From: Trichoplax adhaerens
Lineage: Eukaryota; Animalia; Placozoa
Length of the DNA: 64,000 nucleotides
Direction of reading: 5' to 3'
Assembly (NCBI RefSeq): GCF_000150275.1
Contig: NW_002060955.1
Location: 536,886-600,885 of the forward strand
A model generated the notes under the pieces. It saw only the letters and a program-made list of their open reading frames with translations. It searched no databases and was not told the DNA's origin. The position numbers and the translations under genes were made by a program. Each line of letters starts with the position of its first letter. The stretch's first letter is position 1. Positions 1 to 13,700 of this stretch are shown here, piece by piece.

Positions 1-789
1 TATTAGTAATAGTCCACGCTGGTCATTTATAATGGTGATGTGATAGGGATCGATTTTCTAGTAAATAAAGATGAAGAAACTTGAATCCTACAAGTTTTTG
101 TATCTACTGTTAGTAAAAAAAGTAGAGCCATGCTTATTTTAGCACCAGTACTAGTACTAGTACTAGTTGAGGAGTTCCATTGCACTCTAAGCTGTAGGAC
201 TGTATATATGCATCTTTATTTACTTCTACGCTTGTTCATCCGGGTAAACCCGGTAGGATAAAACAACAAAAAAATGATTACCTACGGTAGTCATCAGATC
301 AATTTTCGGATCTATTTATGATGTTTACAATGTTACTTATTTTTAAAAACTCTATGTACATAATAGGACATTGAAATAACTATCAAATGATTACACGATA
401 CTTCAATGTTCTATTCTCTTTTGCTCTTCTACATTGCACATCTTGAATTGAGGGACATATCGTACATATCCATTTTTCAAAGTGGGTGGATTTTCTTCCT
501 TGAGGTATACAATAAGGGCATTTAGCGATTTCCTATTAACGAACGCAAACATCCATAAGAACAAGTTTATACGTGTTAGGTTTTAATTTTTAATAGGTCG
601 CTTTCTTTTTTCATGAATGTCCTCTTTGAAGTTATCTCAGCAGGCAAGTATCTTAACTTAGTCCCCCTAAAGTTTTGTCTCCATGTTGACGGCAAGGTGG
701 AGATTTTTGTGATTACTGTGTAGTTGATCGATCATTCAATCTGCTCTATTACTTCAAAGTCTGATGTCTCCAGTTTTTATTTCAACTAA

Positions 790-1900
790 TTCAATTATTC
801 CTTGTGAAGTAACTTGAATCAAGGAGGATTTTCCCTTCTAATTTGCAATAACTGCCGTCATGGCCTACGTCAATACTGGCAGTGGTAGACATAAAAAAAA
901 AAAAAATCCTTTGCATTGCACCAATGGAATATCTGTATATACGATAGCAATGGAATTGTAGACGTCAAAATCTCTTCAACTCGGCACAACGATAAAACGT
1001 CGTCCTGAATTTAACCCATTTTAATTCCTCCTTATTGAAAGTGACTTTGATCAAAGGAGAATTTTCCCTTGCAATTGGCAATAGCTGCTGTTACGTTGCC
1101 AATATTGATATACTGTAATGGCAGAGGCAAACATGCACGAACTATTTCCAGTGAAATCGTGCCAGAAGGAAATCCTAACAAGATCAACAGTACGATACCC
1201 TTGGAGCTAATATCATAAAGCTCCAGTCACTTTAACCAGGCATTACTAACCAAAAAACAGTCGGTAATTGAACCAATTTAATTTCTCCTTATCAAAACTA
1301 ACTTTTGATCAACGGAGAATTTCCCTTGCAATTGGCAATAGCTGCCGTCATGTTGACCCATATTGATATTTTGAAAGTAGTAAACATGGAAAAAAATCAA
1401 TTCTCACTGAAATAGCAGCAAGAGAAAATCGATACAATACGTAGAGTAAGAATAAGACAATACCACTGCAACTGCAATAGAAAAAACTTGAGCCTTCAAT
1501 CATGGACCACAACAAAACGTAGTCCTTCATTGAATCCATTTATTTCATAAACCACTATTATCCAAAAAGTAACTATGATCAAAAGAGAATTTTCCTTGTC
1601 ATTAGCAATGACTGCCATCATGCTGGCCAATATCGACATTAGCCATAGCAGACATGAAAATTGAAACACCCAAGATTCCACTGCAGCTGTAATAAACCCT
1701 CAATCTTTTCAACTCTTATTCATTTCTATTTGCTCATTCAGTGCAATTTAGATTATAGGAAAAATCATCTGATCCCATTTTTCCTAGCAATGGCTACCAT
1801 CATTTTCGATTTTTTTAGCCCATGTTGATTGGCACTCGCACCTATTTCAATTCACCATTTCCAGTGGAAATAGCAAGAAAGGAGCGAGAGAGAAATTGCG
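790..1900. repeat. Degenerate tandem repeat, about 5 copies, period about 210-270 bp
   Basis: A core resembling 'ACTTTGATCAAAGGAGAATTTTCCCTTGCAATTGGCAATAGCTGCCGTCATGTTGNCCNATATTGAT' recurs near 810, 1043, 1301, 1572 and, more decayed, 1775. No ORF is shared between copies. Confidence 0.75.
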
Positions 1901-2990
1901 CCGCGATCAAACTGTATGATACCGTTGAAGCTGTAATCAAACCTGTAACGAAAGGGTGATGCAGACGAGGTGTCAATCATGACACAATACCGTCAAGAAA
2001 GGAGTCAACTAGAGTGATTGACGAGCGCATTCTGCTTTGACGAGTGTATACTACGCCACTTGCAAGTGTGGCACATTAGAGCACGTATTGTATGTTATCC
2101 ATTTGTGGTGTGTCCTCGGTATCGGTACAATACGGTTCGGGAACAGACCATTACGGTAATGGACCGTGGCTATTGTAGTAGGTTAGTTTCCATTGATTGT
2201 TTTGAAAAAGGACAATGACGTCAGAGGATGGTGATTCGCTGCTATTGGTTGAAAAATTGTGGTGGGGTTGATCCTTGGATTGGTTCCGTATCTGCGCAAT
2301 AGGCTTGTACGCAGATGTGGACGTGCTTTCTGAATCGCATAGAATGGCCATGGGGTTGTACGGATGTATGATACAGTTCGGTTCAGAAATTGCTATGAAA
2401 TGACAGCCAAGGTTGTCTTTTGTTGCAACGTGGGCAGGGTAGGGCCGTATCAAACGCACAAAAACAACAGCAATACTATACAATAGAAAGTATTGTAAAA
2501 AGTGGCTACTGTACTCTAGCCTTTCTTCTCTTTGTCTCCTTGGAAAATCCCATACTGATACACTACCGATACGATACTGTACTAGTATGACGTAAAAAGA
2601 AAACATCCTTGACCGCCTACGCTGTACTGTACTGGTGTGTTTGCCAATTTTACAGTCCAAAGTCTTGCAGCATACATTGTACTGTAAAGGATCTTTTTAA
2701 AGAGCACTCCTACAGCGCTAACACTTCATTTGCCAATCAGACGATCAACGGTGAAGAAGCAACCAACAAACCCGACGACTATCCAATCGCTTTGAAACGC
2801 AGTTTTGTACTGCAATCTTGACGCATCTTAACTACCAACATTATAGACAAGTTACAGAAAAGGCCTGAAAAAATTGCCTTGAAACCTTGCAAACTGATCT
2901 TTCAAGAGAGTAGATACGGTAGAAGCGGATTATCGCTTTTGGATGATTGAAGCACTTTGATTAGCCAGGATAGAGAATCGACCCAAGATA

Positions 2991-4606
2991 ATGAAAGGAA
3001 TTCTACAAGCAGCTTGTGTCTATAACGGTAAATACTATCTGCTCTATTGATGTTATAAAGTTGACCATGATAGACGATCAATTTAGGTAGAATAAGCTGC
3101 TAATAGGGATTGCTTCATACAAAGATTGAAACTGATTATTGATTTTGGGATAGATGATGACCTACTGCAACTATCAGAATATTTGAACGAGGTACTAAGG
3201 GCAATAGACGAGGTCGAAAGTAAGTAGTCAGACTCGGTACTTTGCTGTAGTTATCGATTAATATGGGCATCCACGATTTACATTTGTTATCTACTGGTTG
3301 TTTTAGGGAAAGATGCACAACAGCAAAACCGACTCATTGGTCCTTCTCCTTCGCGACCGTCTACCGATTTCATGGCGATCTATAGTCCACCAGTAATAAA
3401 TGACATACACTTGCATCAGTATGACGAGAATTCCTCCGAAAATAGCAGTAACGTATGGAATTACAGTGATCAAGACAGCGATTCTGATCACGGCTATGAT
3501 TCATACAACAGTAAGTTAATATTAAAAATGATAATACCGTATAGTATACAGTACAGTGTGTGCTGTTGATTTTATTATTGTTATTGTCGTCTTCATACCA
3601 GACCAATATAATAACCGTACAATATACTATTATTTTGATAAGGTTCAGAAAATGCTCGTTTATTTAGAAATGAATATGTCCATGAACTAATTTTCTACGT
3701 TAAATTAACAAATTAGACAATACTTTTGTAAGCTGATTTTATGATTCAAGTATTGAAATTGATAGCAGTGTTCTTGCACTGTCATTACAGATCTGAACGA
3801 TACCGTAACTGGTCAAAATCGTAGATACCCAGACAATGGCTTTCAATTTCACATGGATACTATGGAAAATACATCTTTCACGACTTCTGGTATGTTGCTT
3901 ACTACAAAATGTATGATAAGCTTAATAGCGTAGACACGATTCACTTCTACTCTTGATGACAATTTTCTATTGCTAAACGCCCAATTAGATTCATTCTTCA
4001 ATCCTTTGCCGCCAAATGACTTTAGCGAATATGACCCTTCAAGCGAGGGTCCTAGTTCGCCTGATAGTATTTATGGTGGTAATAATGAAATCAAGAAGCC
4101 TATAAAAGATAATCGTCGCCGTAAGAAGTTTAAAGGTAGTTAGTTAGCTAGTACTTTTGATGCTCATCTTTTATGGTGCCACCCTAAGCCTTTAATGCAG
4201 CTATGATATGAACAAGATTTAGTATAATTTTAAATTAATTATAGCAATCTTTCGTTGTACAGGTGAAGCGTCTCAACCGCTAACCTTATGGGAGTATATC
4301 CTGATGAATTTAATTGCACCAGAATCGAAGGAATTCGTCAAATGGAGTAATGAAGCTAATGGCGAATTTATCATCAAAGACTCTAAATTGCTTGCAGAAT
4401 CGTGGGGGATTCATAAATGCAAGCAGCCTACGACGTATGAAAACTTGTCCAGATCATTACGCTATTACTATGGAGAAAAGATCCTGGAAAAAGTACAACA
4501 TCGCCGTTTAATGTACAGATTTATCAAGCGTGAACAATTTAATAATTCTAAACAAAGATACTTAAATTTAAAAAGGAAGAGACCGATTTTGAGCAAAACG
4601 TTTTAG
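2991..4606 (+). CDS. ETS-domain transcription factor, Elf/E74-like (about 298 aa; exons 2991-3027, 3154-3219, 3307-3510, 3791-3889, 3989-4135, 4263-4606)
   Basis: All six exons join in frame through GT-AG phase-1 introns (897 nt total). The last exon encodes LWEYILMNL..VKWSNEANGEFIIKDSKLLAESWGIHK..YENLSRSLRYYYGEKILEKVQHRRLMYRF, an ETS domain with the three Trp and the RxLRYYY recognition helix. DSK..WGxHK and ILxKV..RLxYxF resemble the Elf/E74 subfamily. The start codon is the least certain part. Confidence 0.9.
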
Positions 4607-7600
4607 TACCATGTTAACGTTCCCTTTTTCACCGAATGCGGTGAGCTTAGTGGGAGTTTAAAGGTGGTAATACCGATTTAGCTTCGATGTTGTCTGTAGT
4701 GGTAGTTTAACAAGGATGATTTTAATTTATCTGAGTAAAGTTTAAAAGTAAACTATCGAGTTGATTTGCTTCTCTACTATGAAATTAAAATAGACCAAGT
4801 AAATATTATTCTAAAAAGAAATGAAGATTTAATGTTATGTAATGTTATATAGTACGTCTCTTTCCGCAGTATTGTACCAGAATTCAACAGGACAACGTGA
4901 TGTTGTACAATACTGAATTTTATCCATAGATATGTAATGAAGATTAGCTGTTTTTATTCTTGAAAGAAGCTGTTGAAGTAAACTATTGTGCACAGTAGTA
5001 TTTCTTCAATTGCCGTTTAGATAGCATTGACAAAAGTAGTGCAGCTAGTTTTAGTGCTTACGCTTATTCTGTGTAGACCAGACAACATCGATGTTTAGTT
5101 TAGTCAGTCAGTTTATAAAAGAAAACATTTTATTAACTACACTTGTCATTAACTCATATTGCAGCATCGCTGTTGCCCCATGTGTTAATTTCCAAAATAT
5201 GCATGGAAAGCGATTGTTGTATTCTGCAACTGATCAATTCATGTTTGAGCTTATACGCGTCTATGTAATGTTGTAACTTAGCTGATAACTGTTAATGAAG
5301 TACATGGAATTACTTAGCTACATACCGTGCGTATAACCAATATGGCAAGGTAGATCTTGTTTTAACTAGAGTTAGAAATGCATAGGTTGGTGTTGATTAA
5401 CTGTGATTATAAATAAAACCGTAGCTTGTAGTTAGATAAATGATTGTCATTTCTTTGCGCGTGATCAACTTTACGAAAGCATGAGGAAATAGTAGACCAC
5501 TTAGCCAATCTCGTAATTAGACAATAGTGTAAGATATACTGTATGCAGATTGCATGATAATGAAACAATATATAAAATTGCTGTCCGCGATACCAAGACC
5601 AGCGATATTGTAAAATAAATAATTAATCAGGCGATTTTAGTTTAAGTATCTTGTTTATACACACCACTTGGCAATGCTAGCATATAGGCTGATTTTTTAT
5701 CATGCGTTGCAGCCGATTGCTATACAGTAACCGGGTATTAGCTAAAGTACCTCCACTCTGATCGTAGATATTATGCAATAACCCATAATCTAGATAGCAG
5801 AAGACATCTTTGAAAAATACTGCAGTAGATTCGCTAATTTGCAAATAGAATACTGCACACTGTACAGTACAGTAGATGCTTTGCCTAGCTAGTATGTGCA
5901 CGTATATAATGTACTGTATCATGAATAGCTAGACATGGCATACTTCTATAGTATGTGAATTTGCAGATAGTATACTTTACCATGGACTACTAGATGCACC
6001 TTGCAATGCATAGTCTTACACTGGTACATGCTTTGTCAAGCTGTACGTGAATACATTATCATACATATCTGTCTTTAATTAATAGAACGATACGACATAC
6101 TGTACTTCTACTGCATATGAATTCGAAAATATAAAAACAGCGTGCCATTAACTGCTTATCCACTACCGTTGTAATGATCTAATTTGTGACAACAAATGAA
6201 CGATGTATAACATCAACTTAGAATTTAAAATTTTATTGATTGGTATTAAAAATATTAGACATTGGCACATTTAATAGTTATAAAATCCAGCTCAGTTAAA
6301 TACAGATGATGCTCCAATTTAGGAAATTGGTATTTAATTACACTTAGGTAGACTACTGCATCTTCCCTAGTGTTAGGAATACAGTATACAGAAACTGTAA
6401 AATAGTGAACTCATGATGGCACAACTGTGCAGCAATATTTCATCATTGAATACGTACAGTACATGCTTTTGCAACAGTATCATTCACTATACGAGTATTA
6501 ATTCTCTGACATTGTACGTCTATTTTGTAAAATTCTAAAAATTAATATTATTTCAAGTCAAAAATAATTAAGTTCTAGTTATGACAACCATTTTTATATA
6601 AATTCAAATGAAGGAAATGCCGTGCCGTAAAAGTCAGTAATGGAATAATAATAACATCAACAATCACTACATATGATGCATACTGTTATATAAATACGTA
6701 TAGACATTGAGTTAACAACTAGTTGATAAGGTAACTTCGATCGAAATAGTGACTACCTTCATTGATTCTACACTAATTATAAAAAAATTAGAAAGTATAA
6801 AATAAAAATTTATACCTAATATACAAATCTTTTATAAAAATGGGATAAATGGTGATGACCAAAATCTAGCTAAGTGTATGGTAGATATGCTAATTAATTT
6901 AAAAGTCGTTCTGGGCACAAATTACATAAACAGTTTTAATTGACAGAAAGTTGAAGCCTATTTAAGCATAGCTACATCAGATACTAGCTTAAATAAAATA
7001 ACTAAACTGTCCAACATATCTATTTATAAATGAGTAATATAATAGTACAGATGGCGAGCGGATACATTTTATATGCTCGTGTATGTTTACTGTAGTTAGT
7101 TTCACTTTGGATCATAGGTATTTTACAAATTTATCGAGCTTTCAACTTTATCCATCTTAGAAGTATATATGGTAGACCAAAATTTACAAATAGATACGAG
7201 AGATTGATGTGAGATGAAAACCAAGGTCGATTTTGTTGTTATAAATTCATTGGTAAATAATACGTATAGACGTATCATTACTCCTTAAATCGGTAGGTAG
7301 CTGTGTCTTTCGTCTATTATTTAATAAAAGATTAGAAAGTAATTAGAATATCCATTCAGTTTTAAGAATTAACTCGATCTTTAAGACGGTTTGGCCAATA
7401 TTGTTGCAGAATGATTTTCTCCCATTTTTGCAATTTTTTCTCGCATCTTGATCTTGACAGTTAGTTTTACTACGCGTAGCTTTTAAGACTTGAATTAGAA
7501 TTATCATCAGTTCTGATTTTATCATAATATACGTATATTACATTACGTAATTACTACTTCATATATATATATGTGTGGGATAATAATAATTGAAACAGCT

Positions 7601-7738
7601 ATTGCATCTCATCTATCCAAATTATCTAGTAGTTGCTGCTGTCTGCAAAGTTAAATTTGTTAGCTGTTCTCCATGCATCGATATAATACGGAGTACAACT
7701 AAAAGTGTACACTATAAATAATGATAATCCATCGTTAT

Positions 7739-10700
7739 TTATACATATTCTGCTGGTGGCGATAATATTGGTTGTTGATTATCGGCTAGACTACGCTTGA
7801 CAGCGGGATAACTGGATACAGGTGCCGATGAAGCTGGTCCTTTAGTTAATGGTGAAGCCTGTGGTCTATACTTAAATTTTCGTTTTCCCTTTAATTCGCT
7901 ATCACTAATTCCTTTTTTAGTTGGAGCTATTGGATTTACTTTTTTCTCCATCTTGTGCCGATAGGGTGGTACTTTGCCACGTTGTAGTGTATTGTAAGAA
8001 TCAGATTCTCCTTGTTGTGAATTGATCTTGCGAAGGTGGAAACTTTTTTCATGGCGATCACTACGTTCGCCATCGCTATCGGTACTACTTGGTGGCTCGA
8101 GTAAATCATCTAGCGGATCATCGACTGGGCCTTCATCGCTTGTTGATGAGACAGCTTCTAATTCACCAATGATACTACCATCCGATTCTGGCATAGTCGA
8201 TAATCGATTAAATTGTTGATGTAATAAACCACTGGGATAGCCATAACGTAGACCTTTGTAAGGAGCGGGAACAGGGCCATTTTGGATACTCCCTTCTAAT
8301 TCACTTTCATACAGGCCATCGCCATCAATGCTAGTGAGATCGAGATCATAATGTTCTAATGGCTCAGTTAACTTTAATGGATGGTGTGGATGATGATTAT
8401 TATTAACTTGTGTCATTGGTGCTTGATGTGCAACATGAGCATTATTGTTCGGTATTATTCCACGACGATGAGGATTACGAACATCTTGCTTATTATTCAT
8501 GGGTGGATTTCGTGTAGTCATTTCAATTTCGACATTGTTTTGACGATGTGGAAATGTAGGATAATGTGCATGGTGTTGATCAAGAGTATTAGCATCCCGA
8601 TTATGATGATGCTTCGTAGACGATTCAACAGGTAGACTTTTAACACTACTTGGCTTCGATTTTCTACCGCCGCGACTTCGATTTAAAATATCATGTTGTA
8701 AACTATGACTACTGTTACTTTTATTCATACGCTCATTTTCACTTTCAGTAAAATTGCCATTTTCACTATCTTTAACTGGATCACTACATGAATCTTCCAA
8801 AAGATCGCCAATGTCTGTTCTTGAATTTTCAGTTGTTTGAGTTTTTTCACTATCGACAAATGCTTTATTAGCGATTCCACCATTATTACCATAATTATTA
8901 TTACTTTCATTGGTTTGATCAAGTGGATTATTATCATCATTTTCAGTTAACGAATGCGTTTGTTTTTTCGATTTTCGACGCCGACGGCGCCTTTCTTTCT
9001 TAACAACGATATAAATTAATATGGCAATCACTATGCTTGAAATAGCCGCAAAAACGATTGCTAATATTAAAGCAATCGGTACTGGCTGATTCTGAGGCCC
9101 TGGTTGGACGCAATCATAACCACCATCAGATCGGCCTTGACAAGTTGTACCTTGTAAGCATGGCGATGATAGGCAAACTAGCGCAGTTTCGCATACTTCA
9201 CCGGTAAAATTAGTTAAACAACTACATGTAAACATGGTAGTCGATGATTTTGATGGTATACATGTTGCGTTATTCTTACACGGACGAGATCGGCATGCAC
9301 CAAGATCAACACAAGTATAATTTTCCCAATTATCTTGGCAATAACTGCTATTACTGGGGCATGGTGATGATGCACAAACAGGGCTGCCATTGCAGCCTTG
9401 GCTAATGCCGTTACTCTGGCTAGATAGAACAAAAACTGTATTTTGGCTTGAATTTTGCGCTGTATTAAGTGGCAAGCTATAATCGTTGGCTTTTAAATTA
9501 TTTAAACAGCCAGAAAATGGTGTTATAACACCACCATCAAGAATTTGTCCACTTGGTCCATTGGCTAGTGTCAGTGATTTTAAATCAATACCTAAAAAAT
9601 TTAGAGTAGGCTGAGAAAATTGCTTGCTGTTCTTGATATTATCCACTAGCAACGAAATAGTTCCATTAGAGTATCTTATCACTTGGACAGTATGCCAGAG
9701 CCCATCATGAACAAATTTATTAACTTCAACATAACCTTGAGTTGTGGAATTGACAATTACAGAGTATCTTATTAAGCCAAGGTATACCTAATATAGAATG
9801 GAATCAAAAATCAAGATAAAATCAATGTAACTACCAACCTCTGTGAAAGAAACTAACTTTGAAACTTAATGTGGATACTAATCTTACCTGTAAGACAGTT
9901 GAATTTGTTTTACCCGTAGCGTAGAAAATAATCCCATTTAATCTACGTGTCCTAATACTGATTGAAATTTGACTTTTCTGAGTATTAATAGATAGGTCAC
10001 GCTTGCGTTGTCGTTGTCTAGCAATTGGGCTAACTAAATTTTGGATTGTTAGAGATCGATAATAGGCTGCACTCAGAGTATAGCTGATGAAAGCGTTATT
10101 TCCCAAAGTAATCCCTCTAGAAGCTACAGCAAGAGGTAATACAAAACGTTAATTAGACAAGAAATGAGCTGAATTACAAAGTGTGGTGTTTAAATGGATA
10201 ATAGGATAATTAAGTACAGACATTAACTATAAATAGCCCTAAAAAATTATTGTATATTGATTCTACGTATTAGAATAAAGTGCTAAATTAATAGGATTAG
10301 CATTTAAAAGAAAGATGGAGATCTTGAATAAAGTTTCTCTAAGCAATAATGAAATTGAGCGCATTGTACCTTGATTACAAAATGTTCCAGTTCTATTTTG
10401 GCTACATTGACAGCTTGCAGTAAACCAATTATCGATGCATCGGCTATTATCCATACAAGGATTTGGACTACAAACAGATCGACGTAAACATGTTGCTAGG
10501 ATTCCGGAAGATTGCGTTAAATTTTGACGCTTAATATCGGCGTGATTGATTTGAACGCTACGCATACATCCAATAAATGATGATGAATGTAAACGAGTAG
10601 GATATTGAGTTAAAATATTAACAGATTGAATGCCACCAAGATAACTTGAAGCAGATTGGAGATTAAACGCCCTAATAACGATCGATACAATCATAAAATC

Positions 10701-13700
10701 ATTATTTAAAATTGCTTAAATATCACTTAATATATTTGATCGCCCTATGGAATTATATGAGATGTGATCACGATTTTACATAGAGCTATGGCATGTACTT
10801 TTTCTACACAATAAATTTAAATTATCGACATATCTTGATATTAATGTTATTGACTGTTCCTATTATCATATCAGGAATAACTTATAAGAAAGATGCGAAT
10901 AATACTATTAATTAATACTGTATGGCAAAGTGGAGGATAAATTATGCAATAAAAAATATCTAATACAGTTTAAAATAACAGAAGACTTAAACTATCATTT
11001 ACTACCTTTAACTTACATGTTAGGAGTTTGAGCTTTACCATTGGTTGTAGAACATGTTGATGAAGTAGAACCATCGATACACTGATCAACTTTCAATTCT
11101 CCGTACTAATTATTAAGAATAAACGTTAGCAACTATTTAACGTGTAAAGTCAAGAAAAAATTTAACTCTACGTCATAGCTGCGATTTCAAATAGTAGGGA
11201 ATCATACAATCTAAGCTTTGCTTATATATCGCATTCCGACTGTGCTAGTTGATACCATTCTTTTTATTAACATTGCGACAAACTGAAATAATTTGTTGGC
11301 TAGTGATACATATACATAGGAAAATTATTAAAATTATAAGTTTATACCGTACCAAATAAATTAACTTAGACTACTCTAATTATTATTAATATTTCATCAA
11401 AATTATACGATTATTGGCTAGCATCAAAATGTAATCGGTAATAAGAAAGATCAACTATAAAGTAAAGTAAAAACAGCTATGCTACTGTAAATAGTAAAAT
11501 GGTATTAAAATTATACGATTTATTAGCTGGCATAAAAAATTATGTTTAAAAATTCTAATCATTAAATAAAACAGCTACTTCTACCGTAACTATTACTCTA
11601 AATTGGTACACCAATCTTAGTTTTGTAAAGGAAAGAGATTTCGATCGTGATGCAATACTTGGTAAAAATTTTAAACTATAAAAAATAGCATCTACAGAGC
11701 GGTTTCTAAACCATTTTGACTTACCAAACCTATTCTGTGAGCTCTAATTCGATGCCAAAGACCATCATTAACAACCGTATTTGCTGTAAGCTTGGCTGTA
11801 TTACCGTTTTCAAGAGAAAATGCAAATTGAACTTTACCTTGGATAATTTGGATAACTAAATAGTCGCTATTTTGCACTGAATACGTATACAGCAGTAACC
11901 CATTGCTTTGCAAGGTAGAAAATGAAATAGAAATAGTAGTAGTTGCAGGCTGTTGGCTAATCATGCTAGTTGGTAGCATGCCATAAGAAAGTGATTGAAA
12001 TCCCATGCTATGATGTTGACATCGATCACCATGAGTTCCAAATGTACATTGGCATCGAAACCAATCACCAAGAAGGAAACAAGTCCCGCCATTATAGCAA
12101 GGATTAGGAGAGCAACTACTAAATTGAGATGCTACGTTAACGTGAAGTACGGCTGAAGTCGATTTTGCAAGAGGACCAATTCCATCTTGAGCAATAACAA
12201 CAAGTTGATATTGTTGAATGATGGTAAAATTAAACCGCACAACATAAGTAATTTGGCCAGTAGTTGAATCAATACTGAAATGATTGGATATAGCATTACT
12301 AACTAATTTATAGCTTAGAATACTATTTGGTGCTCGATCTGCATCAGTTGCTTTGACAGTAACAACCGATGATCCTGTTGGTGTAGTCGAGGTAAGAGTA
12401 ATAGTATAAGAGGATGGATCAAAAATTGGTTTGTTATCGTTGATATCTGTTACAACAACGTAAACGATGATTGTCGTATTTAAAACAGGGCTTCCACTAT
12501 CCATGGCTAATATAGTTAGATTATAGTGGGAGGTTTTTTCACGATCTAACTCTTTCGCGATGGAAATGTGGCCATTTTGATCAATCTTAAAAACGCCTTG
12601 GGAATTACTTTGTGATGCTATGCGATATCGAATTTGACTATCTGGACCAGTATCATTATCCTGAGCAGAAACTGACGTTAAGACAGTAGTTACAGTAGCA
12701 TTCTCAGCAATATAGATAGGTGTTTTTGGATAAGTTATAAACTGAGGTTGATAATGATTGACTCGGATAATATGAATAGTCAAATTTAGCTTGGATGATG
12801 GCGTAATAGGCCAATTGATATTAGCATCTTCAGCTAATATTGTAATCCAATAAGTATTGGTAGTAATAGGCCTCGTAGTTAACGATTTAGCCAAGGTAAC
12901 ATTGCCATCGCTGGTAATTGTAAATCGGCCTTGAGCATCATTTAACAACTGATAGATAGTTTTAGCATTAGAGCCTGTATCGTGATCGAGAGCTCGAGCG
13001 CTATAAACTATATTACCCACTTGAATTTGTTCGTTAATGTTGATGCTAGCATGAGATGATGTAAATTTAGGGCCATGATCATTAATATCATCCACGATAA
13101 TTATAGCCTGAGTTTGGTTGGTTTGGCTTAGCTGTTGTTGATGAGCAACAGTAATAACAAGTGTATAACTAGGCCATTTTTCGCGATCTAATAATCGATG
13201 AACAGTGATAATTCCAGTTGTTGAATTGATTTGAAAGGATGAATTAATATTACCAGCAGCAATTTGATATGTTAATGTTGCATTAATATCGGCTGTACTT
13301 CCTTGAATTTGGCCTACAACAGTGCCAATAGTTGCATTTTCAATTACTCGATAATTGTACTGATTGTGTTGAAAGTAAACTGGACTATCGCTAACATCTA
13401 AGATAGTTACAAGGACAGTTGCAGGTGTTGTTGATTTTAATCCTAAACCATCCATAGCGTCAATTATGAGCGTATAACTTGTACTTCCTTGGCTATCTTC
13501 TCGATCTAATACTTTACCAGTCATAACAGCACCCGATGTTGTATTAATTTTGAAACGATTTTGATAATTATTTCTAATTTGGTATCGAATTTGACTATGA
13601 ATAGTGTTATTTGCATCTTGATCGTAAGCATAAACTCTAGTTAAATAAGTATCACTAGGTTGATTTTCTTCAATCTTGGTTGAATAATGTTGTGGTTGAA

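Noticed and set aside
2151-2660. 169-aa minus-strand ORF upstream of the ETS gene
   Set aside because: No domain features and a non-ATG start; likely a chance ORF in a more GC-rich promoter or leader region.
7739-9000. Classical cadherin or CELSR identity; PPxY motifs in the tail
   Set aside because: Single TM with no GPS or 7TM, no recognisable p120 or beta-catenin binding motif, and PAPY and VPPY do not match PPxY.
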